64,000 nt of DNA from Botryllus schlosseri (Eukaryota), in assembly GCA_051294905.1 (NCBI GenBank), contig CM119372.1, positions 37,574,001-37,638,000 of the forward strand, given 5' to 3'. Below are positions 63,959-64,000 of the stretch, piece by piece; positions within the stretch are counted from its first letter, which is position 1, and each line of letters starts with the position of its first letter. A program made the translations under genes and the position numbers. The notes below the pieces were generated by a model. The model had not been told where the DNA came from. It saw nothing but the letters and a program-made list of their open reading frames with translations, and did not search any database.

Positions 63959-64000
63959 GGTATAGATAACTAATTTACGGATAGATGTGCAACAACTGAC

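Overview
Animal nuclear DNA, AT-rich and gene-poor. An invertebrate, possibly a tunicate, is my inference only. It is dominated by transposable elements, many nested inside each other with intact target-site duplications (TSDs). There are two long intact ORFs. One is a 775-aa hAT (hATm-like) transposase (37289-39616, minus) inside a complete 3.7-kb element with 144-bp near-perfect TIRs and an 8-bp TSD. The other is a single-exon, divergent class A GPCR (42157-43215, plus). Other readable structure: a five-layer nest at 18.6-28 kb (hAT > pogo > EnSpm/CACTA > dimeric tRNA-SINE > MITE); a second nest at 53-55 kb (Tigger-like > L2/CR1-group LINE > hAT MITE); a tRNA-derived SINE whose 3' stem-loop/tail matches the 3' UTR of that LINE, giving a candidate SINE-LINE pair; a 47-bp inverted copy of part of the GPCR 3.9 kb downstream; and many Buster/Charlie-type MITEs. 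I found no supportable CRISPR array, rRNA, functional tRNA or RNA-guided nuclease. All family assignments come from motif recognition by eye, not database searches.
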